From Thermoplasmatota archaeon (GTDB lineage Archaea; Thermoplasmatota; Thermoplasmata; UBA10834), in NCBI GenBank assembly GCA_040751795.1, contig JBFMHR010000004.1, positions 223,959-287,958 on the forward strand: 64,000 nucleotides of DNA, written 5' to 3'. Under the pieces are notes generated by a model, which worked only from the letters and a program-made list of their open reading frames with translations, was not told where the DNA came from and made no database searches. Shown here one piece after another: positions 47,414-55,957 of the stretch. The position numbers and the translations under genes were made by a program. How positions within the stretch are numbered: the stretch's first letter is position 1; each line of letters starts with the position of its first letter.

Positions 47414-49803
47414 TCCGGATGGGGCAGTGGGACGTAAGGCTGATAGGGGTATCCTACTCGAAGGGAGGCGGAGACCTGGCGCTCCACCTCTACGGGAAGA
47501 CCGAGGACGGGCGCTCCGTCGCGATAAGGTACACGGGCTTCGAGCCCTACTTCTTCGTCCTGGAGCCGTCCGAGGAGGTCCTCGACATCCTGGGCAGCGA
47601 CCCACGGGTCGTGAGGATGGAGGACAAGGAGCTCCTGTACAAGGGCGAGACGAAGAAGGCGAAGAGGGTCGTCGTCACCTATCCGTGGCTCGTCCCGGAC
47701 ATAAGGGGCCAGGTGATACAGAAGTGCACGGTCCTCGCGGCCGACATACCCTTCCACTTCAGGTTCATGTACGACCTCGACCTCGGCTCGTGCGTCCGCG
47801 TGTTCGGCGAGGAGATCGAGGACGCGCGGTACAGGACGGACCTGGCCGTCAGGGCGGAGCGGTTCGAGACGATCAAGCCCTTCAGGCCGCGCCTGAGGGT
47901 CCTCAGCTTCGACATAGAGACGAGCCTGAAGGAGCCCAGGATATTCACCATCTGCTGCGTCGTCAAGGACGGCGACAGGGTCGAGAGCAGGAGCTTCGAC
48001 GGGGACGAGGGGCAGATGATCAAGGCCTTCTCCGACTTCATAGTCGAGTCGGACCCGGACGTCATCACCGGGTACAACATCGACGGGTTCGACATCCCCC
48101 AGATCATCCAGCGGCTCACGGCCCTGAGGCAGCCGGAGCTGTCGTGGGGCAGGTTCCCCGGCACGATATCGCAGTACAACAACAGGTTCTGGTGGTGCGA
48201 GGGCAGGGTCATAATCGACGCTTGGTGGGCGGTCAAGAAGGTCATGAAGCCGAAGCAGGAGACGCTGAACGCGGTCTCGAAGCTCCTCCTCGGGGAGGAG
48301 AAGCACGACGTCGACCCCAAGAAGATGGACGAGGAGTGGGCCGCGGACAAGGACCGGGTCATGAGGTACTGCACCCATGACGCGCACCTCGCCCTCAGGG
48401 TCCTCGAGAAGATCGCCATGCTCAACAGGAGCATGGACCTCGCGGCGGTGTCCAAGCTCCCCCTGGACGACGTCGTGAACGGCACGACCTCCCAGTTCAT
48501 CGACTCCATCCTGATCCGCCTCGCCGACAGGAGGGGGGTCGCGGTGCCCATGACCTCCCGGAACTACGAGGACGCGGAGGCCATCGAGGGCGGGTACGTC
48601 CACGACATCAAGTCGGGGCTGCACCACTGGGTCCTCACCCTGGACTTCAGGAGCATGTACCCGAGCACGATCATATCCAAGAACATCTGCTTCACGACGC
48701 TCCACCCGGACGGGACCGTCGTCTCGCCGACGGGCGCGAGGTTCCTGGACAAGGGCGTCAGGGTCGGCCTCCTCCCCGGCATACTCGAGGACCTGATGCG
48801 CGAGAGGGCCCTCACCAAGAAGGCCATGAAGGAGGCCGCGACGCCAGAGGAGGCGGACTACTACAACGGCCTCCAGGAGGCCATCAAGATCCTCATGAAC
48901 TCGTTCTACGGCGTCCTCGCCTCCTCCTTCTACAGGTTCACCGACCCGAGGATCGGCGCGAGCATCACCGCCTTCGCGCGCGAGGCCACCAAGGACCTCA
49001 TCAGGAAGCTGGAGTCCGAGGGGCTGGAGGTCATATACTCAGACACGGACTCGGTGTTCTTCCTCTCGCCGCACAAGGAGCTCGAGGCCTCCATCAAGTT
49101 CGGCCAGCAGATCGCCGAGCGCTTCTCGAAGGGGGGGATGGTCCTCGAGTTCGAGAAGATCATGGAGCCGTTCTTCTCCCACGGGATGAAGAAGAGGTAC
49201 GTCGGGCGCATGGTGTGGCCCAGGAAGGAGCTCGTGGTCAGGGGCTACGAGATGCGCAGGACCGACTCCTTCGACCTCCAGAGCGAGACGCTGCAGGCCG
49301 TGTTCGAGAAGGTCCTGGACGGTGACAACGAGGGCGCCGTCGCGCTCACCAGGAAGGCCATCGAGGACCTCATGGCGGGGAACGTCGACGCGTCGAAGCT
49401 GGTCATATCCCGCACCGTGAGGGACTTCGACGCCTACAAGGCGAGCGACCGCATGGTCAACGTGCGGGCGGCGAAGAAGCTCCAGGAGATGGGGTACGAG
49501 TTCCAGCCGGGGATGAAGGTCTCGTGGGTCGTCACCGACGGGAGGAGGTCCCCCAACGAGGTGGAGCCGTGGATAGAGGGCCGCGAGTTCAAGGGCCGGC
49601 CCGACTACAGGTACTACGCCACGAGGCTCTCCGCCACGATATCGCGCGTGACCGACTCCTTCGGGTGGGACCAGAAGTCCCTCGTCAGCGGGGCGCAGCA
49701 GGTCACATTCAAGGACAACGACTTCGAGAACAAGAGGGCCGCCAAGGTGGCCGCCCAGCCCAAGAAGACGGACAAGAAGCTCAAGCTGGACGACTTCATG
49801 TAG
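47410..49803 (+). CDS. polB: Family B DNA polymerase
   Basis: Exonuclease motifs FDIET, GYNIDGFD, YCTHD; polymerase motifs DFRSMYPS, K.LMNSFYG, YSDTDS, KKRY; C-terminal PIP-box-like KLDDFM. Confidence 0.96.
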   Translation: MIRMGQWDVRLIGVSYSKGGGDLALHLYGKTEDGRSVAIRYTGFEPYFFVLEPSEEVLDILGSDPRVVRMEDKELLYKGETKKAKRVVVTYPWLVPDIRGQVIQKCTVLAADIPFHFRFMYDLDLGSCVRVFGEEIEDARYRTDLAVRAERFETIKPFRPRLRVLSFDIETSLKEPRIFTICCVVKDGDRVESRSFDGDEGQMIKAFSDFIVESDPDVITGYNIDGFDIPQIIQRLTALRQPELSWGRFPGTISQYNNRFWWCEGRVIIDAWWAVKKVMKPKQETLNAVSKLLLGEEKHDVDPKKMDEEWAADKDRVMRYCTHDAHLALRVLEKIAMLNRSMDLAAVSKLPLDDVVNGTTSQFIDSILIRLADRRGVAVPMTSRNYEDAEAIEGGYVHDIKSGLHHWVLTLDFRSMYPSTIISKNICFTTLHPDGTVVSPTGARFLDKGVRVGLLPGILEDLMRERALTKKAMKEAATPEEADYYNGLQEAIKILMNSFYGVLASSFYRFTDPRIGASITAFAREATKDLIRKLESEGLEVIYSDTDSVFFLSPHKELEASIKFGQQIAERFSKGGMVLEFEKIMEPFFSHGMKKRYVGRMVWPRKELVVRGYEMRRTDSFDLQSETLQAVFEKVLDGDNEGAVALTRKAIEDLMAGNVDASKLVISRTVRDFDAYKASDRMVNVRAAKKLQEMGYEFQPGMKVSWVVTDGRRSPNEVEPWIEGREFKGRPDYRYYATRLSATISRVTDSFGWDQKSLVSGAQQVTFKDNDFENKRAAKVAAQPKKTDKKLKLDDFM

Positions 49804-49844
49804 CCGGTCCGACAGCTATATATAAGATGACCATCTTCGTCGTG

Positions 49845-49926
49845 CCCGCAGCGGCGAGACCACCTCGGTCTCGCGGGGAATGTGCGCCCCCCGGGGCGTG
49901 AACCCTCAACGGCTGGATGTGACACG
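49845..49926 (+). promoter_or_regulatory. Structured 5' leader of rpl15e (candidate eL15 r-leader)
   Basis: TATATAA at ~49818; hairpins GCGAGACC/GGTCTCGC (49854-49874) and CGCCC/GGGCG (49885-49898) before ATG 49927. Confidence 0.45.
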
Positions 49927-50640
49927 ATGGCAGAAGAGGCTGGATCGGCTCCCAAGAAGGAGCGCAAGGCCAAGGCGCCCGTTGAGGCGCCTGCAGAGGC
50001 CAAGGCACCCGCGCCCGCGGGCGCGCAGGATTCTAAGACGGGCGGGCCCGCCAAGGGCATGTACCACTACATCGGCGAGGCCTGGAAGGACGTCGGCAGC
50101 GACGAGATGAAGCAGCTGATGTGGCAGCGCATGGTCGACTGGAGGAAGGAGGGCACCTTCGTCCGCGTCCAGAAGCCGCTGAGGCTCGACAAGGCCCGCC
50201 AGCTCGGCTACAAGGCGAAGCAGGGCTTCGTCATAGTCAGGACCAAGGTCAGGAAGGGCGGCCTGAGGAAGCACAGGATCAGGAAGGGCCGCAAGCCGAA
50301 GAGGAAGGGTATACTCAAGATCACCATGAGGAAGAACATCCAGAGGATCGCGGAGGAGAGGACCTCCAAGAAGTACCCGAACCTCGAGGTCCTGGCATCC
50401 TACTGGGTCGGCGAGGACGGGAGGCACAAGTGGTTCGAGGTCATACTCATCGACGTGAACCACCCCGTGATCAAGGCCGACCCGAAGCTCAACTGGATAT
50501 GCAGCTCGAAGCACACGCACAGGGCCATCAGGGGCCTCACCCCCGCCGGCAAGAAGGGCAGGGGGCTCGTGAGGACCAGGGGCATGGGCGCGGAGAAGGT
50601 CAGGCCTTCCCTCCGGGCGCACAAGAGGATGGGCACCTAG
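49927..50640 (+). CDS. rpl15e: 50S ribosomal protein L15e (with Ala/Pro/Lys-rich N-terminal extension)
   Basis: MYHYI.EAWK, RLDKAR.LGYKAKQG, IAEER...KYPNLEVL.SYWVGEDG..KWFEVI, RGLT.AG. Confidence 0.96.
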   Translation: MAEEAGSAPKKERKAKAPVEAPAEAKAPAPAGAQDSKTGGPAKGMYHYIGEAWKDVGSDEMKQLMWQRMVDWRKEGTFVRVQKPLRLDKARQLGYKAKQGFVIVRTKVRKGGLRKHRIRKGRKPKRKGILKITMRKNIQRIAEERTSKKYPNLEVLASYWVGEDGRHKWFEVILIDVNHPVIKADPKLNWICSSKHTHRAIRGLTPAGKKGRGLVRTRGMGAEKVRPSLRAHKRMGT

Positions 50641-51494
50641 GGGCCGATCCTCGCAAGCAGCTTCCGGACCTCGTCCTGGGTCATACCTATGAGCGGATGG
50701 AACACCGGGAGGTCCCCCTTCAGAGAGGCGCCGCTCTCGACGTCGCCGAGGCCCCACTCCACCACCACGCCTTCGCAGTGCATGTGGGCGGCCTGGGAGA
50801 ATACGTCCTGCTCCGGGCGCACGACCTTGAGGTCGGGGTTCCAGGCGGCGAGCGGCGAAGGCGTCGCGTCGTCGGCGCACGCGACGACCACGTTGCACCC
50901 CCTCTTCATGAGGAGCCACGATGACGCCAGACCCCTCTCCGACTCGACGAGCGAGAGGACCTTCCCCTGGGTGCCCTTCGGCATCCCCCCGGGGCCGGCG
51001 ATGACAGAGCTGTACAGGTAGGCCTCCTTCCCGCGGACCTCGACAGACACCTCGGCGTCCGGCTCCTCGAGGTCGACCCTGAGGCCGAGGTCCCTGAACG
51101 ACTCCAGTATGGAGGAGCCCAGGTCCGCCGCGAGCTGCTGGCTCGTGTAGGGGTGGTTCCCCGTCCTCCTGGTCCGGACCGCGAAGGAGGCGCCCTTGAA
51201 GAACAGCGGCGCGGAGAACGCCCTCACCGCCTCCCTCAGTCCCTCGAGCTCGCTCGTAGCCTTCGTCACCGGGCTGAACGAGACGACCCCGAACGTGCGC
51301 GAGAGGATCTCGCAGCTCCTCCTCCAGTCGTCCGAGTCGGCGAAGAGCCTCCCCCTGACGGAGGAGATGACGCACGGTACCCCGGCGAGGAGGTGCTTCC
51401 TGCGGATGTCCTGGACGAGCGCCTGCTCGAACCTCCTCCGGACCCCCTCGCTCTTGAGCCCGAGCTCTCCGTACCTGATCAGGAGCGTAGGCAT
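50637..51494 (-). CDS. ThiI-like THUMP-domain protein, PP-loop degenerate
   Basis: LIRYGELGLKS, FGVVSFSP, SFAVR.RR.G, VDL..PD, GPGG.P.GTQGKV, MKRGC, PLIG; lacks SGGxDS. Confidence 0.8.
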   Translation of the reverse strand: MPTLLIRYGELGLKSEGVRRRFEQALVQDIRRKHLLAGVPCVISSVRGRLFADSDDWRRSCEILSRTFGVVSFSPVTKATSELEGLREAVRAFSAPLFFKGASFAVRTRRTGNHPYTSQQLAADLGSSILESFRDLGLRVDLEEPDAEVSVEVRGKEAYLYSSVIAGPGGMPKGTQGKVLSLVESERGLASSWLLMKRGCNVVVACADDATPSPLAAWNPDLKVVRPEQDVFSQAAHMHCEGVVVEWGLGDVESGASLKGDLPVFHPLIGMTQDEVRKLLARIGP

Positions 51495-51610
51495 GCGACC
51501 GGGCCAACCCCTTGGGACCGAATAAACATTTCATCCGCGGGCCCGTGTCAGAAGGAAAATCTAATTAGGGGCTGTGCGTTCACGCTTAACGGAGCCATAA
51601 GAGGGGTAGA

Positions 51611-52969
51611 TTGAACACTGAGCAAAAGGCAAAGGTTTCTTTGAAAAGAGTTGTGGAACCCCCCGGGCCCAAGGCGAAGTCTACCGTCGAGAGGGACAAG
51701 AAGGTCCTCTCGCCCTACAACAGGCCCTACTACTACCCGTTCGTGGTGGAGAAGGGCAAGGGCTGCATCATAGAGGACATCGACGGCAACGAGTACGTGG
51801 ACTTCAACTCCGGGCTGGGGGCGATGAACGTCGGGCACTGCCACCCAGAGGTCGTGAAGGCGATAGCGGACCAGGCGAAGCGCCTGCTCCACTACAGCTA
51901 CACGGACTTCTACTACCGCTACGCCGTCGAGCTGGCGGAGAAGCTGAACGAGATCACGCCCGGCGACTACACCAAGAAGGTGTTCTTCAGCGGTTCGGGG
52001 GCGGAGAGCATCGAGGCCTTCGCGAAGGTCGCGAGATGGCACTCGAAGAGGCCGCTCTTCCTGGCCTACACGGGCGCGTTCCACGGCAGGAGCATGGGGG
52101 CCCTGAGCTTCACGGCCAGCTCCATCGTGCAGAAGGCGAGGTACTTCCCGACGATGCCGGGCGTGTACCACGTGCCCTTCGCGTACTGCTACAGGTGCCC
52201 GTACAAGATGTCCCTCCCGGACTGCAACTACTGGTGCGTCGACTTCATCGAGGACTTCGTCCTGAAGAAGTACGTCCCGCCGAACGAGGTCGCGGCGTCG
52301 CTCATTGAGCCGATACAGGGCGAGGGGGGCTACGTCGTCCCGCCGCCCGAGTACCACAAGAGGCTCAAGAAGCTCTACGACAAGTACGGCATCCTCTACG
52401 GCGTGGACGAGGTCCAGTGCGGCATGGCGAGGACCGGGAAGTGGTGGGCGATAGAGCACTTCGGCGTCGTGCCGGACATCATATGCAGCTCCAAGGCCCT
52501 CGGCGGCGGGATATCCCTGGGCGCGACCATCGGCCGCGCGGAGATATTCGACTGGGACGCCGGCTCGCACTGCACGACCCTCGGCGGGACGCCCGTGGCC
52601 TGCGAGGCCTCCCTCGCCACCATCAGGGTGATCGAGAAGGAGAAGCTGATGCAGAACGCCACCAGGATGGGCGACCACATCATGAAGCGCATGAGGGAGG
52701 TAATGCAGACCTCCGACATCGTCGGGGACGTCAGGGGCAAAGGCCTCATGATCGGGGTCGAGATCGTCAAGGACAAGAGGTCGAAGGCCAAGTGGGGCGA
52801 CGGCGCCCACGACATAATCCACAAGGCGTGGAAGAAGGGCGTCGTGGCCATAGGCGCCGGCGAGAACAGCTTCCGGATCGCCCCGCCGCTGGTCATCACC
52901 AAGGACCAGGCCGACTTCGGCGTCGACGTCCTGACGGAGTGCATCAGGGAGGTCGAGAAGGAGCGCTGA
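51611..52969 (+). CDS. Class III PLP aminotransferase (acetylornithine/4-aminobutyrate type)
   Basis: D.DGNEYVDF, NVGH.HP, SGAESIE, FHGRS, EPIQGEGG, DEVQ.G.ARTG, SKALGGG. Confidence 0.92.
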   Translation: MNTEQKAKVSLKRVVEPPGPKAKSTVERDKKVLSPYNRPYYYPFVVEKGKGCIIEDIDGNEYVDFNSGLGAMNVGHCHPEVVKAIADQAKRLLHYSYTDFYYRYAVELAEKLNEITPGDYTKKVFFSGSGAESIEAFAKVARWHSKRPLFLAYTGAFHGRSMGALSFTASSIVQKARYFPTMPGVYHVPFAYCYRCPYKMSLPDCNYWCVDFIEDFVLKKYVPPNEVAASLIEPIQGEGGYVVPPPEYHKRLKKLYDKYGILYGVDEVQCGMARTGKWWAIEHFGVVPDIICSSKALGGGISLGATIGRAEIFDWDAGSHCTTLGGTPVACEASLATIRVIEKEKLMQNATRMGDHIMKRMREVMQTSDIVGDVRGKGLMIGVEIVKDKRSKAKWGDGAHDIIHKAWKKGVVAIGAGENSFRIAPPLVITKDQADFGVDVLTECIREVEKER

Positions 52970-53048
52970 GCGGTCGGCGACGCCGTCCGCTCGTAGCCCC
53001 GAAACCCTTTATTCCGTCCCTTTCGTTCGGAGTTAGGAGTCTGATATC

Positions 53049-54413
53049 ATGAACAACAGCAAGAAGTGGAAGCTCAAGGGGCCCAAGATCGTGGTGGAGC
53101 CGCCAGGCCCCAAGTCGAAGAAGGTACTGGCTCGCAAGGAGAAGTTCGTCACCGACGGCATCCGGATCGGGCTGCCGACCGCCCTCGACATCGCCGAGGG
53201 GCCGTTCCTGAGGGACCTGGACGGCAACGTCTTCCTGGACTTCACCGTGGGCATAGGCGTCCACAACTGCGGCCACAGGCCGGAGGCCATGGTCAAGGCG
53301 TGCAAGGACCAGCTGGACAAGTTCATACACATCTGCGTGATGGTCTCGCCGTACGAGCCCTACATCAAGCTCGCCGAGGAGATGGCCAAGATCATGCCGG
53401 GCAAGCTGGAGAAGAGCATATTCCTCAACAGCGGGTCCGAGGCGATCGAGAACGCCCTCAAGATCGCGAGGTCGTACAACAAGAAGAAGTGGATTGTCTC
53501 GTACAAGACCTCGTTCCATGGCAGGACCTTCATGGACATATCCCTCACGGCCAAGGAGAAGCCCTACAGGGACGGGTTCCACCCGCTCATGCCCTATGTC
53601 CAGCACGTGGACTACGCCTACTGCTACAGGTGCCCCCTGGGCCTCGAGCACCCGGGCTGCGACCTGGCCTGCGCCGACACCATAAGGACCATCGTGGAGA
53701 CGGCCCCGCTCGCGGGGGACGTCTGCGCGCTGGTGATGGAGCCGGTCGAGGGCGAGGGAGGGTTCATCGACCCGCCGCCGGGCTACTGGGAGAAGGTGCG
53801 CAAGATCTGCGACGACAACGAGGTCGTCTTCATAGACGACGAGGTCCAGACGGGCTTCGGCAGGACCGGCAAGATGTTCGCGATACAGCACTGGGACGTC
53901 GAGCCGGACATCGTCGTCACGGGCAAGGGCCTCTCCCTGGGGATGCCCCTGGGCGGCGTCACGGGCAAGGAGAAGATCATGGCCTCCCCGCCGCCGGCGA
54001 GCCTCGGTGGCACATACGGCGGGAACCCAGTCTGCTGCGCCGGGGCGATAGAGTCCATCAAGATGACCAAGAAGCTGCTGCCCAACACGAAGATGATCAA
54101 CAAGGTCGAGAAGAAGCGCCTCACCGAGTGGAAGGAGAAGTACGAGGTCGTGGGCGACGTCAGGGGCCTCGGCGCGATGATGGGCATGGAGCTCGTCAAG
54201 ACCAAGGCGGGGAAGGAGCCGGCGTCCGACCTGGCGAGGGCCATACAGCTCAACTGCTTCAAGAAGGGGCTGTACATCCTCACGGCCGGCGCGTACGGGA
54301 ACGTGATAAGGCTGCACCCGCCGCTGACCATCGACCAGAAGCTCCTCAACAAGGGCCTCGACATACTCGAGTCGGCCCTCGCGGAGGAGTCGAAGAAGGC
54401 CGGCCTGGTCTAG
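53049..54413 (+). CDS. Class III PLP aminotransferase (GabT-like)
   Basis: DGNVFLDF, NSGSEAIENALK, FHGRT, EPVEGEGG, DEVQTGFGRTG, GKGL, GGTYGGNP, GNVIRL.PPL. Confidence 0.92.
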   Translation: MNNSKKWKLKGPKIVVEPPGPKSKKVLARKEKFVTDGIRIGLPTALDIAEGPFLRDLDGNVFLDFTVGIGVHNCGHRPEAMVKACKDQLDKFIHICVMVSPYEPYIKLAEEMAKIMPGKLEKSIFLNSGSEAIENALKIARSYNKKKWIVSYKTSFHGRTFMDISLTAKEKPYRDGFHPLMPYVQHVDYAYCYRCPLGLEHPGCDLACADTIRTIVETAPLAGDVCALVMEPVEGEGGFIDPPPGYWEKVRKICDDNEVVFIDDEVQTGFGRTGKMFAIQHWDVEPDIVVTGKGLSLGMPLGGVTGKEKIMASPPPASLGGTYGGNPVCCAGAIESIKMTKKLLPNTKMINKVEKKRLTEWKEKYEVVGDVRGLGAMMGMELVKTKAGKEPASDLARAIQLNCFKKGLYILTAGAYGNVIRLHPPLTIDQKLLNKGLDILESALAEESKKAGLV

Positions 54414-54433
54414 GCGAGCCGACCCCAAACCTC

Positions 54434-54451
54434 TATGTGAAGAGGCCCTCG
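54434..54451 (+). repeat. IS inverted repeat, downstream end
   Basis: TATGTGAAGAGGCCCTCG vs reverse complement of 55688-55707 TATGTAGAAGAGGTCCCTCG (2 indels). Confidence 0.75.
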
Positions 54452-54621
54452 CGCCTCTTCCAAATCACTTTCCTTCTTCTTTTCTCTTCTGCCTCCTATC
54501 AGCGATTCTCATCTCGTTCGCGGGTTGGGGAGTTTAGCGGACAAACCTCTATCCGCGGTCAGTGCCGCACTATGGCCGCTTCGTCCCTTGTCAAGGACTT
54601 GCCCCAATCCCCTTCACGCAC
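54440..54621 (-). ncRNA. Candidate bridge/seek RNA of the IS110 element
   Basis: ~185-nt non-coding end downstream of tnp with hairpins (GTCCTT..AGGGAC; GCGGAT..GTCCGC; TTGGGG..CCCCAA) and a 13-nt copy of the reconstructed target; exact ends unknown. Confidence 0.65.
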
Positions 54622-55662
54622 TCAGACGGTGCAGGTTTGACGGCCGGGGTTCGGTCCATGACTCTGATACGGTTGCTTCCTGACGAGCATCCAGTAGATG
54701 ATATGGACGAGCTTCCTCGCGGTCGCCGAGGCGGCTTTCTGCTTGCCCCTACGCCTCGCGATTCGCGCGTGGAATTGCGAGATGCGCGAATCCGGATGAC
54801 ATCTGACGTGGGAGTGGACCACCTCCGTGAGGACCCACCTTAGATAGGCGGACCCCTCCTTGCTCACCCCTCCGTAGTGGACGGAGGATGCTGACTGGCT
54901 CACAGTCGGCACGAGCCCCGAGTATGCAGACAGCTTCTCGGGGCTCGGGAACCTCGAGATGTCATCGATCTCGGCGTGGATTAGGAGGGCGGAGTAGAAC
55001 CCGATGCCCGGGATCGTGGCTATCAGCTGGGCATCGGGTCTTCTGTGGAACTCGTCCAGGAGTTGGGAGTTGAGGGCGTCTATCTGTGCCTGGACTCCCT
55101 CGAGGCAGCAGAGGCACGAGTCCACGGTGGGGATCTTGAGCGAGCGCATCCAGGCGGTGTGTTTCTGGGTGAATGGTTTGAGCATGCCATCTGGGCGCCG
55201 GACTCCTCGTCTGAGGAGTTCGGCGTGCATCCTGTTCTTGAGGCTTGTTGACTGGCGTACGAGATATGCGCGCTGTCTCACGAGCTGCCTGAGGTCGCGC
55301 ATATCCTTGGAGGGCACCCAGGAGCGGGGTATGAGGTCAGCCCTGAGGAGCTGGGCGAGGGTCTCGGCGTCGACCTTGTCGGTCTTGACCCTGGCCTCGG
55401 CGATGGCCCTGACCTTGAGCGGATGGGCCAGCACGGCCTCGAACCCTCGGTTCTCGATGCCCTCGTATATGAACTCCCAAATGCCCGTGGATTCAAGGAC
55501 GAACTTGGCGTTCTTGAATCCGTCGAGGAACTCGTCCAGTTCCTCCTGGGTGGACGAGAACCTCTCGTTGGAGATTACCCGTCCGTTGCGGTCGATGACA
55601 CAAGCTTGGCAGAATTCTTTATGTACGTCCAGGCCCACATATACCATGGTCTCTCGTCTCAT
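54622..55662 (-). CDS. IS110 family transposase/recombinase
   Basis: YVGLDVHK, VLESTG, KTDKVDA (DEDD RuvC-like), IPGIG, AEI.D..RF, Y.GLVP...QS, G..YLR..L, A.ARKL; SD GGTGA upstream. Confidence 0.95.
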   Translation of the reverse strand: MRRETMVYVGLDVHKEFCQACVIDRNGRVISNERFSSTQEELDEFLDGFKNAKFVLESTGIWEFIYEGIENRGFEAVLAHPLKVRAIAEARVKTDKVDAETLAQLLRADLIPRSWVPSKDMRDLRQLVRQRAYLVRQSTSLKNRMHAELLRRGVRRPDGMLKPFTQKHTAWMRSLKIPTVDSCLCCLEGVQAQIDALNSQLLDEFHRRPDAQLIATIPGIGFYSALLIHAEIDDISRFPSPEKLSAYSGLVPTVSQSASSVHYGGVSKEGSAYLRWVLTEVVHSHVRCHPDSRISQFHARIARRRGKQKAASATARKLVHIIYWMLVRKQPYQSHGPNPGRQTCTV

Positions 55663-55687
55663 CGTTGTTCACCACATTCGATATAGA

Positions 55688-55707
55688 CGAGGGACCTCTT
55701 CTACATA
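55688..55707 (-). repeat. IS inverted repeat, upstream end
   Basis: CGAGGGACCTCTTCTACATA, inverted relative to 54434-54451. Confidence 0.75.
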
Positions 55708-55759
55708 CCATCCCCTTATCCAAACCCCAACCGCCTTTTCGATCCATGAGAAATGGGAG

Positions 55760-55831
55760 AGCCACTGGAGGGAATCGAACCCTCGACCTACGCCTTACCA
55801 AGGCGTCGCTATACCTCTAAGCCACAGTGGC
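55760..55831 (-). tRNA. tRNA-Thr(GGT)
   Basis: Reverse complement GCCACTG...ACGCC-TTGGTAA-GGCGT...GGTTCGATTCC..CAGTGGC-T. Confidence 0.95.
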
Positions 55832-55957
55832 ACGGTCCCGGCCGCAAGTCATCTTGACATGCCTATTAAAAGGTTGTTGACCTCCCGTGGGCGCCGGGGC
55901 CGCCCCGCCAGGCTAGTCGCATCATTTATTACCGTACCTGGGCATCAGTTCCACGCC

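Larger units (their letters stand above)
54434..55719 (-). mobile_element. IS110-family (IS1111-like) insertion sequence
   Basis: Single DEDD transposase; imperfect inverted repeats at 54434-54451 and 55688-55707; short duplicated core (TAT at 54434/55717 or CCT at 54430/55714); lower GC than host genes; long non-coding end downstream of the ORF. Confidence 0.88.

Noticed and set aside
54519-54536. Minus-strand CCCCAACC match to IS flank 55725-55732 as a second target guide
   Set aside because: Offset from the crossover and equally explained as a stem partner of TTGGGG at the 5' end of the putative RNA; not supportable without covariation
55004-55957. N-terminal 318 aa of the 957-aa ORF 55004-57877
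   Set aside because: Runs antisense through the transposase and tRNA-Thr; the recognisable Rqc2 N-terminus starts at ATG 55958
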